This document shows, piece by piece, positions 1 to 11,882 of a DNA stretch of 64,000 bases. The stretch is from contig NC_057720.1 in NCBI RefSeq assembly GCF_004010195.1, forward strand, positions 11,087,181 to 11,151,180. Direction: 5' to 3'. Both the position numbers and the translations under genes were made by a program. This DNA comes from Chiloscyllium plagiosum (taxonomy: Eukaryota). The notes below the pieces were generated by a model that was given only the letters and a program-made list of their open reading frames with translations, did not search any database and was not told where the DNA came from. Within the stretch, counting starts at the first letter, position 1. Each line of letters opens with the position of its first letter.

Positions 1-190
1 ACCCAACTATTCAGAGATGTATTACACACCTCTGGTAGCATTTGAACCTAGGCCCTCTATATCAGATGTACTACCACCGCACCACAAGAGCTGTTTGGGG
101 ACTGCTTGATATTTTCCAATCAAACTGTGCTGAGATGTTACTACACACTTTGACAGCTGGTGGGACCTGAACCCTGGTCTCCTATATCAA
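1..190 (-). mobile_element. Two tandem degenerate short tRNA-derived SINE copies (same family as 14808-14925)
   Basis: Reverse complement shows A-box-like (GTGGTGCGGTGGTAG) and B-box-like (GGTTCAAAT / GGTTCAGGTCCC) motifs followed by CCAGAGGTGTGTAATAACATCTCTGAA, as in 14808-14925. Confidence 0.55.
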
Positions 191-256
191 CAGTGAATAA
201 ACCAAAATTGTCCATCATTTTGATGAAACTCTCTGTTGCTTAGAAGATTATATCTT

Positions 257-635
257 GTTATGATCCCAGATGGTGGTAATATTGGATAACTCAGGTTTCA
301 GAATGAAACCTGGCCTTATAGATCGTAAGTTTATTTTTCAAAATTTAGTACAGTGTGGAGGTCACTAACTGAATATATTTACAATTGTGTCTTAATATAC
401 TTTTAAGAAAAGAACATAGCTTTTTGTTGTAATAAATTTATGTAACAAAATATTACATGAACATCAAGAGTGAAACTTCAATTTTATTTTTCCCAGCAAT
501 ATCCCTTACAGGCACGCAACCCCAACTTCATATTTTGGTTACATATTCAATTTGAGGTTGCAAGCATTTCCCTTTGGCGACTTCCTATACATTCACCAGA
601 TGGATTCTTCCTGTCACTGTCAGGGACACACACAC
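257..635 (-). mobile_element. Degenerate LTR-like repeat, possibly continuing beyond the PLE inserts to ~1670
   Basis: Begins TGTTATGATCCCA; its reverse complement resembles the end of 12480-13178 (GATCTAT...TTTCA.TCTG...GGGAT.AT..CA). Confidence 0.35.
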
Positions 636-647
636 ATTCCTAATAAA

Positions 648-1072
648 TTGGAGATGCCGATGTTGGACTGGGGTGTACAAAGTTAAACATCACACAACAC
701 CAGGTTTATAGTCCAACAGGTTTAATTGGAAGCACACTAGCTTTCGAAGGGACGCTCTTTCGTCAGGTGATAGTGGAGGGCTCGATCGTAACACAGAATT
801 TATAGCAAAGGTTTGCAGTGTGATGCAACTGAAATTATACATTGAAGAAATGATTGTCTGTTAAGCCTTTCATCTGTTAGAATACAGTGATAGTTTCACT
901 TCTTTCATGTGTAAATCACAAAACCTTTTTTTTCATCACACTGCAAATGTTTGCTCTAAATTCTGTGTTATAATCGAGCCCTCCACAATCACCTGATGAA
1001 GGAGCGTCGCTCCAAAAGCTAGTGTGCTTCCAATTAAACCTGTTGGACTATAACCTGGTGTGTGATTTTTAA
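648..1072 (-). mobile_element. PLE family A mini-element with inverted pLTR arms, an HHR motif in each arm, and a tail at the left
   Basis: Arms ~684-825 and 934-1072 are inverted copies; CTGATGAAGGAGCGTCGCTCC(A)AAAGCTA at 993-1021; tail 648-681 matches 50896-50930. Confidence 0.85.
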
Positions 1073-1277
1073 ATCCCTAATGAAGGGCTTTTGCTCGAAA
1101 GGCCGATTTATTTTTATTTTTTTATTTTTATTTTTATTTTTATTTTTTTATTTTTATTTTTATTTATTTATTTTTTTTATTTTCCTGCACCTCGGATGCT
1201 ACCTGACCTGCTGTGCCTTTCCAGCACCACTCCAATCTTGATTCTGATCTCCAGCATCTGCAGTCCTCACTTTTGCC
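1073..1277 (+). mobile_element. PLE family B 3' end (HHR-bearing) with an internal microsatellite
   Basis: CTAATGAAGGGCTTTTGCTCGAAA...CCTCGGATGCTACCTGACCTGCTGTGCCTTTCCAGCACCAC...CTGCAGTCCTCACTTT, shared with about 10 other copies. Confidence 0.85.
1106..1183 (+). repeat. (TTTTTA/TTTA)n microsatellite
   Basis: Directly visible. Confidence 0.95.
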
Positions 1278-1679
1278 CACACGCACACACCATCTAACTC
1301 ATTGACTTTTCTCACGGAACTTGAAGAAAGGCTTGGGGCTTCTTTCAGTCCTGCCTACTTGGACTGCTAGAACTGTTGAAGACATCTTTCCAGCTCTGAT
1401 GGGCTGAAGACAGCTTCTTTCTGCTGGCCTGGGTCTTCTAAATAGACCGTGTTTCTAGTCTCTGGCCCACCTTTCTGCAAGTCACAAGGAAACTCCAATT
1501 TTAGAAAACACTTCAACAATTATTTTGCCAGATAGTATATCTGGTCATTTAGCTTAATTCACGTTTTTTTTGATGAACAAAACCAAAACTCCATTCACTT
1601 TTGCTTTAGAATACAAGCTCCTAAATAAAAACAATTGATTATAAACTTTCATTGCAATATCATTATAAGAATGGAACTT

Positions 1680-2053
1680 AGAGTCATAGAGATGTTCAGC
1701 ATGGAAACAGACCCTTTAGTCCAACTCGTCCATGCCGATCAGATATCCTAAATTTAATCTAATCCCATTTGCCAGCATGTGGTCCATATCCTTCTAAACC
1801 CCTTCTATTCATATATCCATCCTGATGCCTTTTAAATGTTGTAATTGTACCAATCTCCACCACTTCCTCTGGCAGCTCATTCCATACATACACCACCCTC
1901 TGTGTGAAATATTTTCACCTTAGCTCTCTTTTAAATCTTTCCCCTCTCACCCTAAACCTATGCCCTTTAGTTCTAGACTCCCCTACCCTGGGGAAAAGGC
2001 CTTGGCTATTCACCCTATCCATACCCCTCATGATTTTATAAACCTCTATAAGG
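1680..2053 (-). mobile_element. CR1/HER1-like LINE 3' fragment
   Basis: Minus frame LIEVYKIMRGMDRVNSQGLFPRVGESRTKGHRFRVRGERFK plus the typical 3' UTR. Confidence 0.9.
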
Positions 2054-2129
2054 TTCAAAGTTTGGGAGAGAATTTGTAGCTCGGGTGCTCGTTGTTGTGG
2101 TTCTGTTCGCCGAGCTGGGAATTTGTGTT

Positions 2130-2169
2130 GCAGACATTTCGTCCCCTGTCTCGGTGACATCCTCAGTGC
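2130..2169 (-). ncRNA. Minimal hammerhead ribozyme motif in PLE pLTR
   Basis: GCA-CTGAGGA-T-GTCACC-gagaca-GGGGAC-GAAA-TGTC-TGC; stem I GCA/TGC. Confidence 0.75.
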
Positions 2170-2651
2170 TTGGGAGCCTCCTGTGAAGTGCTTCTGTGAT
2201 GTTTTCTCCGGCATTTATAGTGGTTTGTCCCTGCCGCTTCCGGTTGTCAGTTCCAGCTGTCCGCTGCAGTGGCAGGTATATTGGGTCCAGGTTGATGTGC
2301 TTATTGATTGAATCTGTGGATGAGTGCCATGCCTCTAGGAATTTCCTGGCTGTTCTCTGTTTGGCTTGACCTATAATTGTAGTGTTGTCCCAGTTGAACT
2401 CATGTTGCTTGTCATCTGAGTGTGTGGCTACTGAGGATAGCTGGTCATGTCGTTTCGTGGCTAGTTGGTGTTCATGGATGCGGATCGTTAGCTGTCTTCC
2501 TGTTTGTCCTATGTAGTGTTTTGTGCAGTCCTTGCATGGGATTTTGTACACTACATTGGTTTTGCTCATGCTGGGTATCGGGCCCTTCGTTCTGGTGGGT
2601 TGTTGTCTGAGAGTGGCTGTTGGTTTGTGTGCTGTTATGAATCCTAGTGGT

Positions 2652-3349
2652 NNNNNNNNNNNNNNNNNNNNNNNNNNNNNNNNNNNNNNNNNNNNNNNNN
2701 NNNNNNNNNNNNNNNNNNNNNNNNNNNNNNNNNNNNNNNNNNNNNNNNNNNNNNNNNNNNNNNNNNNNNNNNNNNNNNNNNNNNNNNNNNNNNNNNNNNN
2801 NNNNNNNNNNNNNNNNNNNNNNNNNNNNNNNNNNNNNNNNNNNNNNNNNNNNNNNNNNNNNNNNNNNNNNNNNNNNNNNNNNNNNNNNNNNNNNNNNNNN
2901 NNNNNNNNNNNNNNNNNNNNNNNNNNNNNNNNNNNNNNNNNNNNNNNNNNNNNNNNNNNNNNNNNNNNNNNNNNNNNNNNNNNNNNNNNNNNNNNNNNNN
3001 NNNNNNNNNNNNNNNNNNNNNNNNNNNNNNNNNNNNNNNNNNNNNNNNNNNNNNNNNNNNNNNNNNNNNNNNNNNNNNNNNNNNNNNNNNNNNNNNNNNN
3101 NNNNNNNNNNNNNNNNNNNNNNNNNNNNNNNNNNNNNNNNNNNNNNNNNNNNNNNNNNNNNNNNNNNNNNNNNNNNNNNNNNNNNNNNNNNNNNNNNNNN
3201 NNNNNNNNNNNNNNNNNNNNNNNNNNNNNNNNNNNNNNNNNNNNNNNNNNNNNNNNNNNNNNNNNNNNNNNNNNNNNNNNNNNNNNNNNNNNNNNNNNNN
3301 NNNNNNNNNNNNNNNNNNNNNNNNNNNNNNNNNNNNNNNNNNNNNNNNN
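2652..3349. other. Assembly gap
   Basis: Run of N. Confidence 1.
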
Positions 3350-3803
3350 TTTATCCTATTGGTGAGCTGTGTGGTGGGGTCAAACTCCCTCTTTTGGTAG
3401 GTGTTGGTATCTGCAAGTAGTTGTTGCACTTTTTGGATGTACTCTGCTTTGTCCAGGATAACTGTCATTCTGCCTTTGTCTTCTGGTCATATGATTATGT
3501 TCTTATCGTTTCTTAGTGCTTGTAGTGCTTCCTTCTCCTTGGTGTTGAGGTTATGTGTTTGTCTTTTCCTTGTTATCAGGGGTACAATACTTTGTCTCAC
3601 TGTTTGTTGTGTCTCTTCTGTCAGTCCATTGTTCCTAAGTGTGCATTCTAGTGCTGCTAGGAAGTCTGCTGTCTTGGCGTCCCTGTGGTTGTAGTTGAGT
3701 CCCTTGGCCAGTATTGTTCTTTCCGTGTCTGTGAGCTGTCTGTGGGAGAGGTTTCTAACCCAGGAGTGTGTTGTGGTGTCCTCTCTGTTGTGTTAGTTTG
3801 GCC

Positions 3804-4130
3804 AACACAGACACGCAAAGACATGCCAGAGAATTCCTAGAGGCCTGGCACTCCAACCACAACGCCATAAACAAACACAGATCTAAATACCATCTATCAA
3901 CCCCTCAGAAAATGAACAGGAAATGACATCACCACAAACCCCAGGAACCCCATCCAGGACAAACATATAAATAGAAAGCAGGAGACAACAGCTTCACTTC
4001 ACTTGGAGGTCGCCACTGATGATGTTACCTAGCCAGGTAATGAAACATCTGGATATCAAACCTACAGCTCAGCGAGCAAACCTACACCCTAAACCTCAAC
4101 CTGAGCTACAAACCTTCACAAACCTTGCAA
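3804..4130 (+). mobile_element. PLE 3' fragment (endonuclease C-terminus + pLTR) of a related subfamily
   Basis: Encodes QRHAREFLEAWHSNHNAINKH; 3' end similar to but diverged from the reverse complement of 2054-2350. Confidence 0.88.
4013..4052 (+). ncRNA. Minimal hammerhead ribozyme motif in PLE pLTR
   Basis: CCA-CTGATGA-T-GTTACCT-agcc-AGGTAAT-GAAA-CATC-TGG; 7-bp stem II, stem I CCA/TGG. Confidence 0.78.
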
Positions 4131-4169
4131 AAACAAATAATTTAAATAAAAACATCTGCTTCCTTCATA

Positions 4170-4340
4170 TCCTTTCTGGAAAGGAAATCAGCCTTCCTGA
4201 CCTGGTCTGGTCTACGTATGGCTCCAGACTGACAGCAATGTGGTTGACTCTTAATTGCACTCTGAAATGGTCTTGCAAACCAATCAGTTCAGTGGGCATT
4301 TGGGGATTGCTGATTGCCAAGACACCCACATCCCATGTAA
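4170..4340 (+). mobile_element. 3' half of a tRNA-derived SINE (family of 26270-26603)
   Basis: GAAGGAAATC..CCTT.CCTGGTCTGG.CTAC.T.TGGCTCCAGAC..ACAGCAATGTGGTTGACTCTTAA core shared with other copies. Confidence 0.6.
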
Positions 4341-5685
4341 TAATTTATAAAGTAATTTGCGGGGCAGGTTCCAAAGTGGCCAGGAAGCAGGTGCTCGGGC
4401 TAAGAAGGCTCCTGAGGCCTAATGAAGCTAAGAGCAGTCAAGAGCAGATCATTTGACGCATTTATAAAAGTGAGACTGTGTTTCAGTTGCCATTCAGGTA
4501 AATGAAAACAAATAGGTGAAGGCTCCTTTATCTGAACCTGAACCCTGTGATTTAGGAGTTATATCAGTCGTCTTGTGTCTCTATCATAACAATTTAAAGA
4601 TAACATGTTCAATTAATGATTTTGGATTGATATACAGCTGAGGCCTGATTCTGTAAAATAAACTGACTCAGGTCTGACTGAGACAATTATCAAATATATT
4701 GGCAGGTATTAAGCAAGAAAGCTGTGTCTCCAGAAGCTGAGTTATAAAGTCTCTGAGAGGGTCATTATACCCTTTGTACTGGCTCCTGTGCGATAGTAAA
4801 TACTGGCTTGTTTCTCCCAAGAAAAGGCTCAGCACAAATTGATTATCTGACATGTTTAATATAATGGATGTAAGCCAGTCTCTGCTGATGGGGCCTGAAC
4901 TTAAATGATACATTCTTGGCCTGTGTACAGATGGATGTGCCTGTCTATTAATGTTCATTGATTGAGCCGAAAATGATGAGCTACTATTCTCCCCTCAACC
5001 AAATAGAGCTAGTGAAATATTAATTGCCACCTGTGCATATTAATATTTATAGTCACAGGCAACATTCTCAGACTCGTAACTGAGAGAAATGGTCTATCCT
5101 TTTGCATAACCTTGTTGCAGAAAACCGTGATTTTATTTCTAAATAAAGTGTCCCCTGATTGCCAGAAGAAGCAAATTATTTCAACAAAAATCTGAGGTGG
5201 TGTTGAACCTGTACAAGAAAGAAAAGCTCGTATTTATGTAACACCCAGTTCAACCTCAGGATATTCCAAAGCACTGAATAGCCAATGAAGTGCTACTGAT
5301 GTGTGGACACCATTGTAATTTGGAAATAAAGGAACCATTTATGCATAACAAGCTCCAAGATGTAATAAATTATCATTGTCAGTAAAACAACACAAGGTCT
5401 CAAGTAAATGTTATTCTCTCTTGGAACAGAAGTATGCATTCCGCCCAGCTCCTTTCTCCCAACCCATTACAATGATCATCATCACCATTGTTAAGTCCCC
5501 GTTAATTCTAAGAATTATAAATGAACTGTTGAGCAAGCTATGTTGTTCTGGAAGACTTTATGAGAGAAATGGGCCTAGACTCTTGGTAGGTCCAGGTCTC
5601 AAGGAACTAAATGGAGCTGATGACATGCTGATCCGACATAATCTATTAGTGGAATGGACATGAGGGGGTGAATGGCGTGCCTCTA

Positions 5686-6035
5686 GGCGGCACAGTGGCT
5701 CAGTGGTTAGCACTGCTGCCTCACAGCACCAGGGACCTGGGTTCGATTCCAGCCTCAGACGACTGTCTGTATGGAGTTTGCATGTTCTCCCCGTGTTTGC
5801 GTGGGTTTCCTCTGGGTGCTCCGATTTCCTCCCACAATCCAAAAATGTGTAGGTTAGGTGCATTGGCCATGCTAAATTACCCATTGTGTCCAGGGATGTT
5901 TAGGTTAGGTGCATTAGTCAGGGGTAAATGTACAGTAGTAGCAGAATGGGTTTGGGTGGGATACTCTTCAGAGGGTTGGTGTGGACTTGCTGGGCTGAAC
6001 GGCCTGTTTCCACAACGTAGGGATTCTATGATTCT
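5686..6035 (+). mobile_element. HE1-type SINE, full length
   Basis: A box GTGGCTCAGTGG, B box GGTTCGATTCC, GTATGGAGTTTGCATGTTCTCCCCGTG core, CR1-derived tail ending GATTCTATGATTCT. Confidence 0.9.
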
Positions 6036-6834
6036 TTCCTATGTTCCATGCAGTTGTGACCAGATTGTTTCAGCCTTGGAATACATATAGGATTTATGTT
6101 GGACAGAGGGTCAGTGTTGGTTGTGTGAGTGTGACGCAGCAAATGGAACTATCCCAGTTTGAAGCCAAGTCATCAAAGACAGACCAGCAGCTGGGGCAGC
6201 TCAACTCTAACCAGTTAGGATACAGCTGATCTGGCCTCTATAACACTTAACCTGCCATTGTACTGAGACTTGTACCAATTCAACATACATCTGCTCCAGC
6301 ATCTTAGCATCTATAAACTTTACAGGGAGAGAATTCAGATTTCAATTTCTGGACTCTTGTGTTTTCATTTTTTAGCAATTGACTCATTCAAAGGCTTAAC
6401 AATATTGTATCTGACAATGCCATGAAGTGTGGTGAGGTGGAACAATTTTAACCTTTAGTCAGGCATGCAAAGATGACTGCATTGGTTTAATGTGAAGATG
6501 TGAGATTACAACTTGCTTGTAACTGCCCAAGTGCAACCGTCTGCATCCGCCCCCAAGCATTGGCCAGTTGCCACTGGCAGTGAAATCAGCATCAGTCCTG
6601 GAGGAGGGTGTCTTGTAGCTTATGTCATGTATCGGAATTTTTCTCATTCCGAAATGATTTCCCCAGCATGAGGGAAACCTGTTCCCGTCAACTGATGATG
6701 CAAGGGTGAGGAGACATAGATTCAAATTTGTAGATGAGAGATTTGGGAGCGAATAATGTGTTATAAACTGTGTGAATTATATATTTATTAAAATCATATA
6801 TTGAGTTTAAACTTTGTTACCATTTCAAAAACAA

Positions 6835-7482
6835 AAGAGTCACAGGTGGATAGGATAGTGAAGAAGGCGTTTGGTATGCTTTCCTTTATTGGCCAGAGTA
6901 GTGAGTACAAGAGTTGGGAGGTCATGTTGCAGCTTTACAGGACATTGGTTAGGCCACTGTTGGAATATAGTGTGCAATTCTGGTCTCCTTCTTATTGGAA
7001 CGATGTTGTGTAATTTGAAGGGGTTCAGAAAAGATTTACAAGAATGTTTCCAGGGTTGGAGGATTTGAACTATCGGGAGAGGTTGAATAGGCTAGGGCTG
7101 TTTTCCCTGGAGTGTCGGAGGCTGAGGGGTAACCTTAGAGGCTTATAAAATCATGAGGGTCTTTCCCCTGGGGTGGGGGAAGTCCAGAACTAGAGGGCAT
7201 AGGTTTCAGGTGAGAGGGGAATGATACTAAAGAAATCTAAGGGGCAACTCTTTCTTGCAGAGGGTGGTACATGTATGGAATGAACTGCCAGAGGAAGTGG
7301 TGCAGGCTAGTACAGTTGCAACTTTTAAAAGGCACCTGGATGGGTATATGAATAGGAAGGGTTTGGAGGGATATGGGCCGGGTGCTGGCAGGTGGGACTA
7401 GATTGGGTTGGGATATCTGGTGGGCATGGACAAGTTAGGCCAAGGGGTCTGTTTCTATGCTGTACATCTCTATGATTCTGTG
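6835..7482 (+). mobile_element. CR1/HER1-like LINE 3' fragment
   Basis: QVDRIVKKAFGMLSFI...LYRTLVRPLLEYSVQFWSP and the 3' UTR. Confidence 0.9.
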
Positions 7483-8159
7483 AAGTGGGTTTTCTGTGTT
7501 TCTGAAGTTAATAAGAACTTGTAATTATTACTGTAGCCATGGTGATTCATTTTAAAACAGTCTTTGATGCCTGGCTTTAGAGTGATTGAGGTTCTGTGCA
7601 CCACTGAGGGATTTCTGTTTATGATAGATTGTGAGGTGCATCGTCAGTGTGAACCTGAGTAAGACAAAGGCTGAGCGAATGAACTGGAGATTTCATTCAA
7701 CTGGTATATCTTTTCGAAGTTCAGTTGTAGAGTTAAAGTCACATTCAGACAATAGCCTTTAAGTAAGACTATATAGCCCAATTAAAAGGGCCAGCTGCCT
7801 GATAGGGGCAGTTAGCATTCAAGCATCTTTTGTCAAAATGAAGTACTGATTACTGTAGCTAAGAAGTGACACTGAGCAAATTCAGATAAGAAAAGGATTA
7901 CTTTTTGGCACCCACGGTCAGTATAATAGTGATTTTTCTTTTACAACACCTACAATTGCAGGAAAGTATAAAGAGCAAGGAATCTGGAGTAATTAATTTA
8001 TAAGTATATAAGTCAGTTTGCTGAGCTTGAAGATTTGATTTCAGACATTTTATCACCATACGAGTTAATATCATCAGTGAGAGTCTCTGGTGAAGTGCTG
8101 GTGGTATGTCCCGCCTCTCCATTTATGGGTCTTGGTTTCTTAAGGTGGGTGATGTCACT

Positions 8160-8370
8160 TAGAACATAGAACATAGAAAAACACAGCGCAGTACAGGCCC
8201 TTTGGCCCTCGATGTTGCGCCGATCCAAGCCCACCTAACCTACACTAGCCCACTATCCTCCATATGCCTATCCAATGCACGTTTAAATGCCCATAATGAA
8301 GGAGAGTCCTGACTCCATACGTGGAAAAAGGTTCTCATGGTCAACCCTATCTAAACCCCTAATCATCTTG
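8160..8370 (-). mobile_element. CR1 3' end with internal deletion (subfamily of 32410-32952)
   Basis: (AGAACAT)n tail; near-identical to the start of 32410-32952. Confidence 0.85.
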
Positions 8371-8489
8371 TTACCGGAAGAAACTTCCAGTTCTTTTTCT
8401 CAAGGGAAGGTAGATGGGATCTAAATTGATGTGTTTATTGACGGAATTCTGATTAGAATGCCAAGCCTCTAAGAATTCTCGTGTGTGTC

Positions 8490-8666
8490 TGTAGAGGTGA
8501 GGTCATTGACTGTATTTTAGACTGAGATAGATAGGCTCTTGGTTATCAAGGGTTACAGGGAGAAAGCGGGAGAACGGGCTGAGAAACTTATCAGCCGTGA
8601 TTGAATGGCGGAGCAGACTTGATGGGCTGAATGGCCTCATTTCTGTTTCAATGTCTTATGGTCTTC
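8490..8666 (+). mobile_element. CR1 3' UTR fragment
   Basis: CAGCCGTGATTGAATGGCGGAGCAGACTTGATGGGCTGAATGGCC...TCTTATGGTCTT. Confidence 0.8.
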
Positions 8667-9469
8667 TGGAGCTATGAGCAGACGTCCTGAGGGCTGTGCA
8701 GCCTGCCAGGTGCCAGGGTTAAATACATCTCCTCAGAGCTGAAGAACAACTTGGAGAGAGAGGAGGGACCTTTTTGTCATCTGCCGTGTTCATAACAATA
8801 ACCTGGATACGACTCAAAAGGAGATCCTGTTGAAAGACATTGAACAGTTAAGAGCTAAGTTGAAAAGTAGAACCTCCAAGGTAATAATTTCTGGGTTCCT
8901 ACATGAGCTGCGGACAAACTGGCATTGAGTAAATAAAGTCGAGGAATTAAAGGCATGGTTCAAAGATTAGTTTCAGTTCATGGGTCACTCGTACCAGTAT
9001 AGAGGCTTGGAGGAAGCTATTCTAGTGGGATGGGCTTCACTTGAACTATCCTGGGACCAATGTCCTGGAAAGTTGACTAACTTGGGCTGTAGATAGGGCT
9101 TTGAACGAATGAGAGGGGGTGACAGGGTTCAGTAGGGGGTACATTCAGGCATACGGAGCAAAAGGACACACAGCATTACAAGACAGCCTTTTGGGTAATA
9201 ATCTCCAGAGCGGGACAGAATATATAGAAAAACAGCAATAAATAGGGTCAAACGGTGGAAAAATATGTATAAGGGCAAAATTAATAGCTGTTTACTCTTA
9301 GTATAGCATTTGAAACAAAATAAGTTAATTAGTGGCACATAAAGGGGTTAATGAGCATGATCTCCTCGCCCATTATGGAGCAATGGTTAAAACACGGAGA
9401 TCTAAATATTCAGGGGTATGTGAATTTACAAAAGGACAGGCAAGAAGGTTCAGATGGTGGGGTTGCTTT

Positions 9470-9660
9470 CAAGAGTGTGGTGCTGGAAAAGCACAGCAGG
9501 TCAGGCAGCATCCGAGGAGCAGGAGAGTTGACATTTCGGGCAAAAGCCCTTCATCATTTTTGCAACTCTCCTACTCCTCGAATGCTGTCAGACCTGCTGT
9601 GCTTTTCCAGCACCATACTCTCGACGCTAATCTCCAGCATCTGCAGTCCTCACTTTCACC
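9470..9660 (+). mobile_element. PLE family B palindromic mini-element
   Basis: Inverted arms; left arm carries the antisense of TGATGAAGGGCTTTTGCCCGAAATGTC; degenerate TSD GGTGGGGTTGCTTT / GGTGGAGTAGCTTT. Confidence 0.88.
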
Positions 9661-10154
9661 GGGTGGAGTAGCTTTGTTAGTATGGGATGGAGTAAGTGTG
9701 AGAGAATGATCAGAAGATGCAGAATCCTTTAGGGTGGAGATTAATAAAAAACAATCGGGTACTCTATAGAATTCCTAATAGTGGCTACATGGATGGACAA
9801 ATGATAATTCAGGAGACGGTGAAGGCATGTAAAAAAAACGCAGTGCATTGATTATGGGTGAATCTAACTTTCATGCCAATTGAGAAATTTGGCAGAGGTA
9901 ACCATAAGGAGGAATTAATAGTGTTACTCAGGGCAGTCTCCTAGAATAATGTGCTGCAGAACTCAACAAGGGTCAGGACACTTTCGGTTGGTAATGTGTA
10001 ATGAGGCAGCTTTAATAAATGATCTGGCAAACAGTGACCAAACTTGCTAGAATCTAGTATTCAGTTTGAGAGTGAGAAGCTTGGGTCAGAAATAAAACCA
10101 AACATGGGTAATTAGAAAGGAAAAACAGTGCCACCTGGAGTGTAATGGAAACAC

Positions 10155-10385
10155 CATACCCTGCAAGTTCCCCTCCAAGCCACTCATCATCCTGACCTAG
10201 AAATGTGTTACCATACCTTCACTGTCACTGGGTCAAAATCCTAGAACTCCCTCCCTAATGACATTGTGGGTCTATCTACAGTACATGGATGGCAATGGTT
10301 CAAGAAGGCAGCTGACCACCACTTACTCAAGGTCAACTACAGATGGGCAAAAAACACTGGCTCATCCAGTAATGCCCTCATCCCT
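10155..10385 (+). mobile_element. 3' end of a second non-LTR LINE family (CR1/L2 clade; also ~21655-21840 + and ~22065-22480 -)
   Basis: Shared GGGTCAAAATCCTAGAACTCCCTCCCTAA...GGTTCAAGAAGGCAGCT.ACCACCACTT.CTCAAGG; encodes SKSWNSLP-like terminus. Confidence 0.7.
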
Positions 10386-10405
10386 CAACTCTATCAGAGT
10401 AACTA

Positions 10406-10619
10406 GTCAGAAGTCACACAACATCGGGTTATAGTCCAACGAGTTTATTTAAAATCACAAGCTTTTGGAGTGCCGCTCCTTCATCGGTTGAAGTCTTCAG
10501 CTTCACCTGATGGAGAAGCAGCACTCCAAAAGCATGTAATTTTAAATAAAGCTGTTGGAATATAACCTGGTGTCATGTGACTTCCGACTTTGTCCACCCC
10601 AGTCCATCACATCATGACT
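10406..10619 (+). mobile_element. Older PLE family A palindromic mini-element
   Basis: Inverted arms around ~10497, decayed HHR cores, tail TTTGTCCACCCCAGTCC...TCATGAC, TSD-like AGTAACTA / AGTAACCA. Confidence 0.85.
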
Positions 10620-11882
10620 AGTAACCAGTGGCAGAGATATTGTAAAGAATCCTTAAATTCTGCAAAAGTGCCAGAGGACTGGAAAACTGCCAATATCACC
10701 TTTAATCAAAAGAGAAGGAGACAAAAATAATTCTAGGCCATTATCTTAACATCTGTTATTGGGAAAATGTTCAAGTCTATTATAAAATATGTAATAGCAG
10801 AGCATTTAGAAACACATAATATAACCAAGCAGGATCAACATGGCTTCATGAAATGGAAATCATGCTTGATGACTTTATTGGAATTCTTTGAGGTTGTAGC
10901 AAGGAGTGAAAATAAAAGGGAACCAGTGAAATTTAAATTTGCAAAAGGTACCTTATACAAGGCTACTTAATAAGATAAGATGATGTTAGGGATAGTACAT
11001 TAACATGGATAGAAGATTGGGTTCCAGGATACAGAAGGTTGGGGCATTTTCTAGATGGCAACCTATAATAAGTTGAGTACCACAGGGATCAGTGCTGCTC
11101 CCCAGTTATTTACAATATATATATTAATGACTTGGACCCTGAATGTACAAGAGCCAAAGTTGCTGATGTCAGAAGAAATTGGTGGGAAGATAAGTGGTAA
11201 GAACAAGTTTACAGAGTGACACAGGCAGGTTAAGTGAGTAGGCAAAATCTTGGCAGATAGAACAAATCATAGCAAAATGTGAGGTTATGCACTTTGGCAA
11301 GAAGATTGGAGGAACTGGATGTCATTTAGATTAAAAAATACTTCAGAAAGTTCAGGGATTTGGGAGTCCATGTGCATAAATCACAAAAAGATAGCATGCA
11401 AATTCGGCACATACTAGACAAACAGAATGATGGCCTTTACTTCAAAGGGAGTGGAGTGTAAAAGTAGAGAAGTCTTGCTAAAACTCTACAAGGCACTAGT
11501 CAGACCAAAGCTGGAAGACTATGAACAGTTTTGGGCCCTTAATTTAAGGAAAGACATATTGGCATTGAAGGCAGTCCAGGGAAGATTCATGAAGCTGATC
11601 TTGGGCATGGATAGACTGCATCATGAGGAAAGGTTGAATAGGTTTATCCTGTACTTATTGGAATCACAAAAAATGAGGGGGCAACCTTACTGAAACCTAC
11701 AAGATTCTTAGATGACTTAACAGGGTAGGTGCAGAAAGGTTGTTTCCCTTTGTGACTGAGCCTAGTCATCCTAGAGCATCATCCCAAGTAGAAGGGGTTG
11801 TTCATTCATGGTAGAAATGAGGAGGAATTTCTTCTCTCAGAGGATTGTGAATCTGTGGAATTCTTTACCACAAAGGCATACA

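Larger units (their letters stand above)
2054..3803 (-). mobile_element. Penelope-like retroelement (RT N-terminal region + GIY-YIG endonuclease), 5'-truncated, spanning the assembly gap
   Basis: NVVYKIPCKDCTKHYIGQTGRQLTIRIHEH...FLEAWHS..SINKH (GIY-YIG); KGRMTVILDKAEYIQKVQQLLADTNTYQKREFDPT (PLE pre-RT motif); HHR motif in the 3' pLTR. Confidence 0.92.

Noticed and set aside
1091..1297. Hydrophobic F/I-rich ORF resembling a membrane peptide
   Set aside because: Translation of a TTTTTA microsatellite inside a repeat
2523..3468. Long ORFs of 257-280 aa
   Set aside because: Made mostly of N-gap codons; only the minus-strand PLE peptide at the edge is real
5686..5760. tRNA gene-like A/B boxes here and in other SINE heads
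   Set aside because: They continue into SINE bodies and tails; no complete cloverleaf seen
6100..6720. Possible integrase remnant (IVSDNA-like) and LTR-element debris
   Set aside because: Too degenerate to support without a profile search
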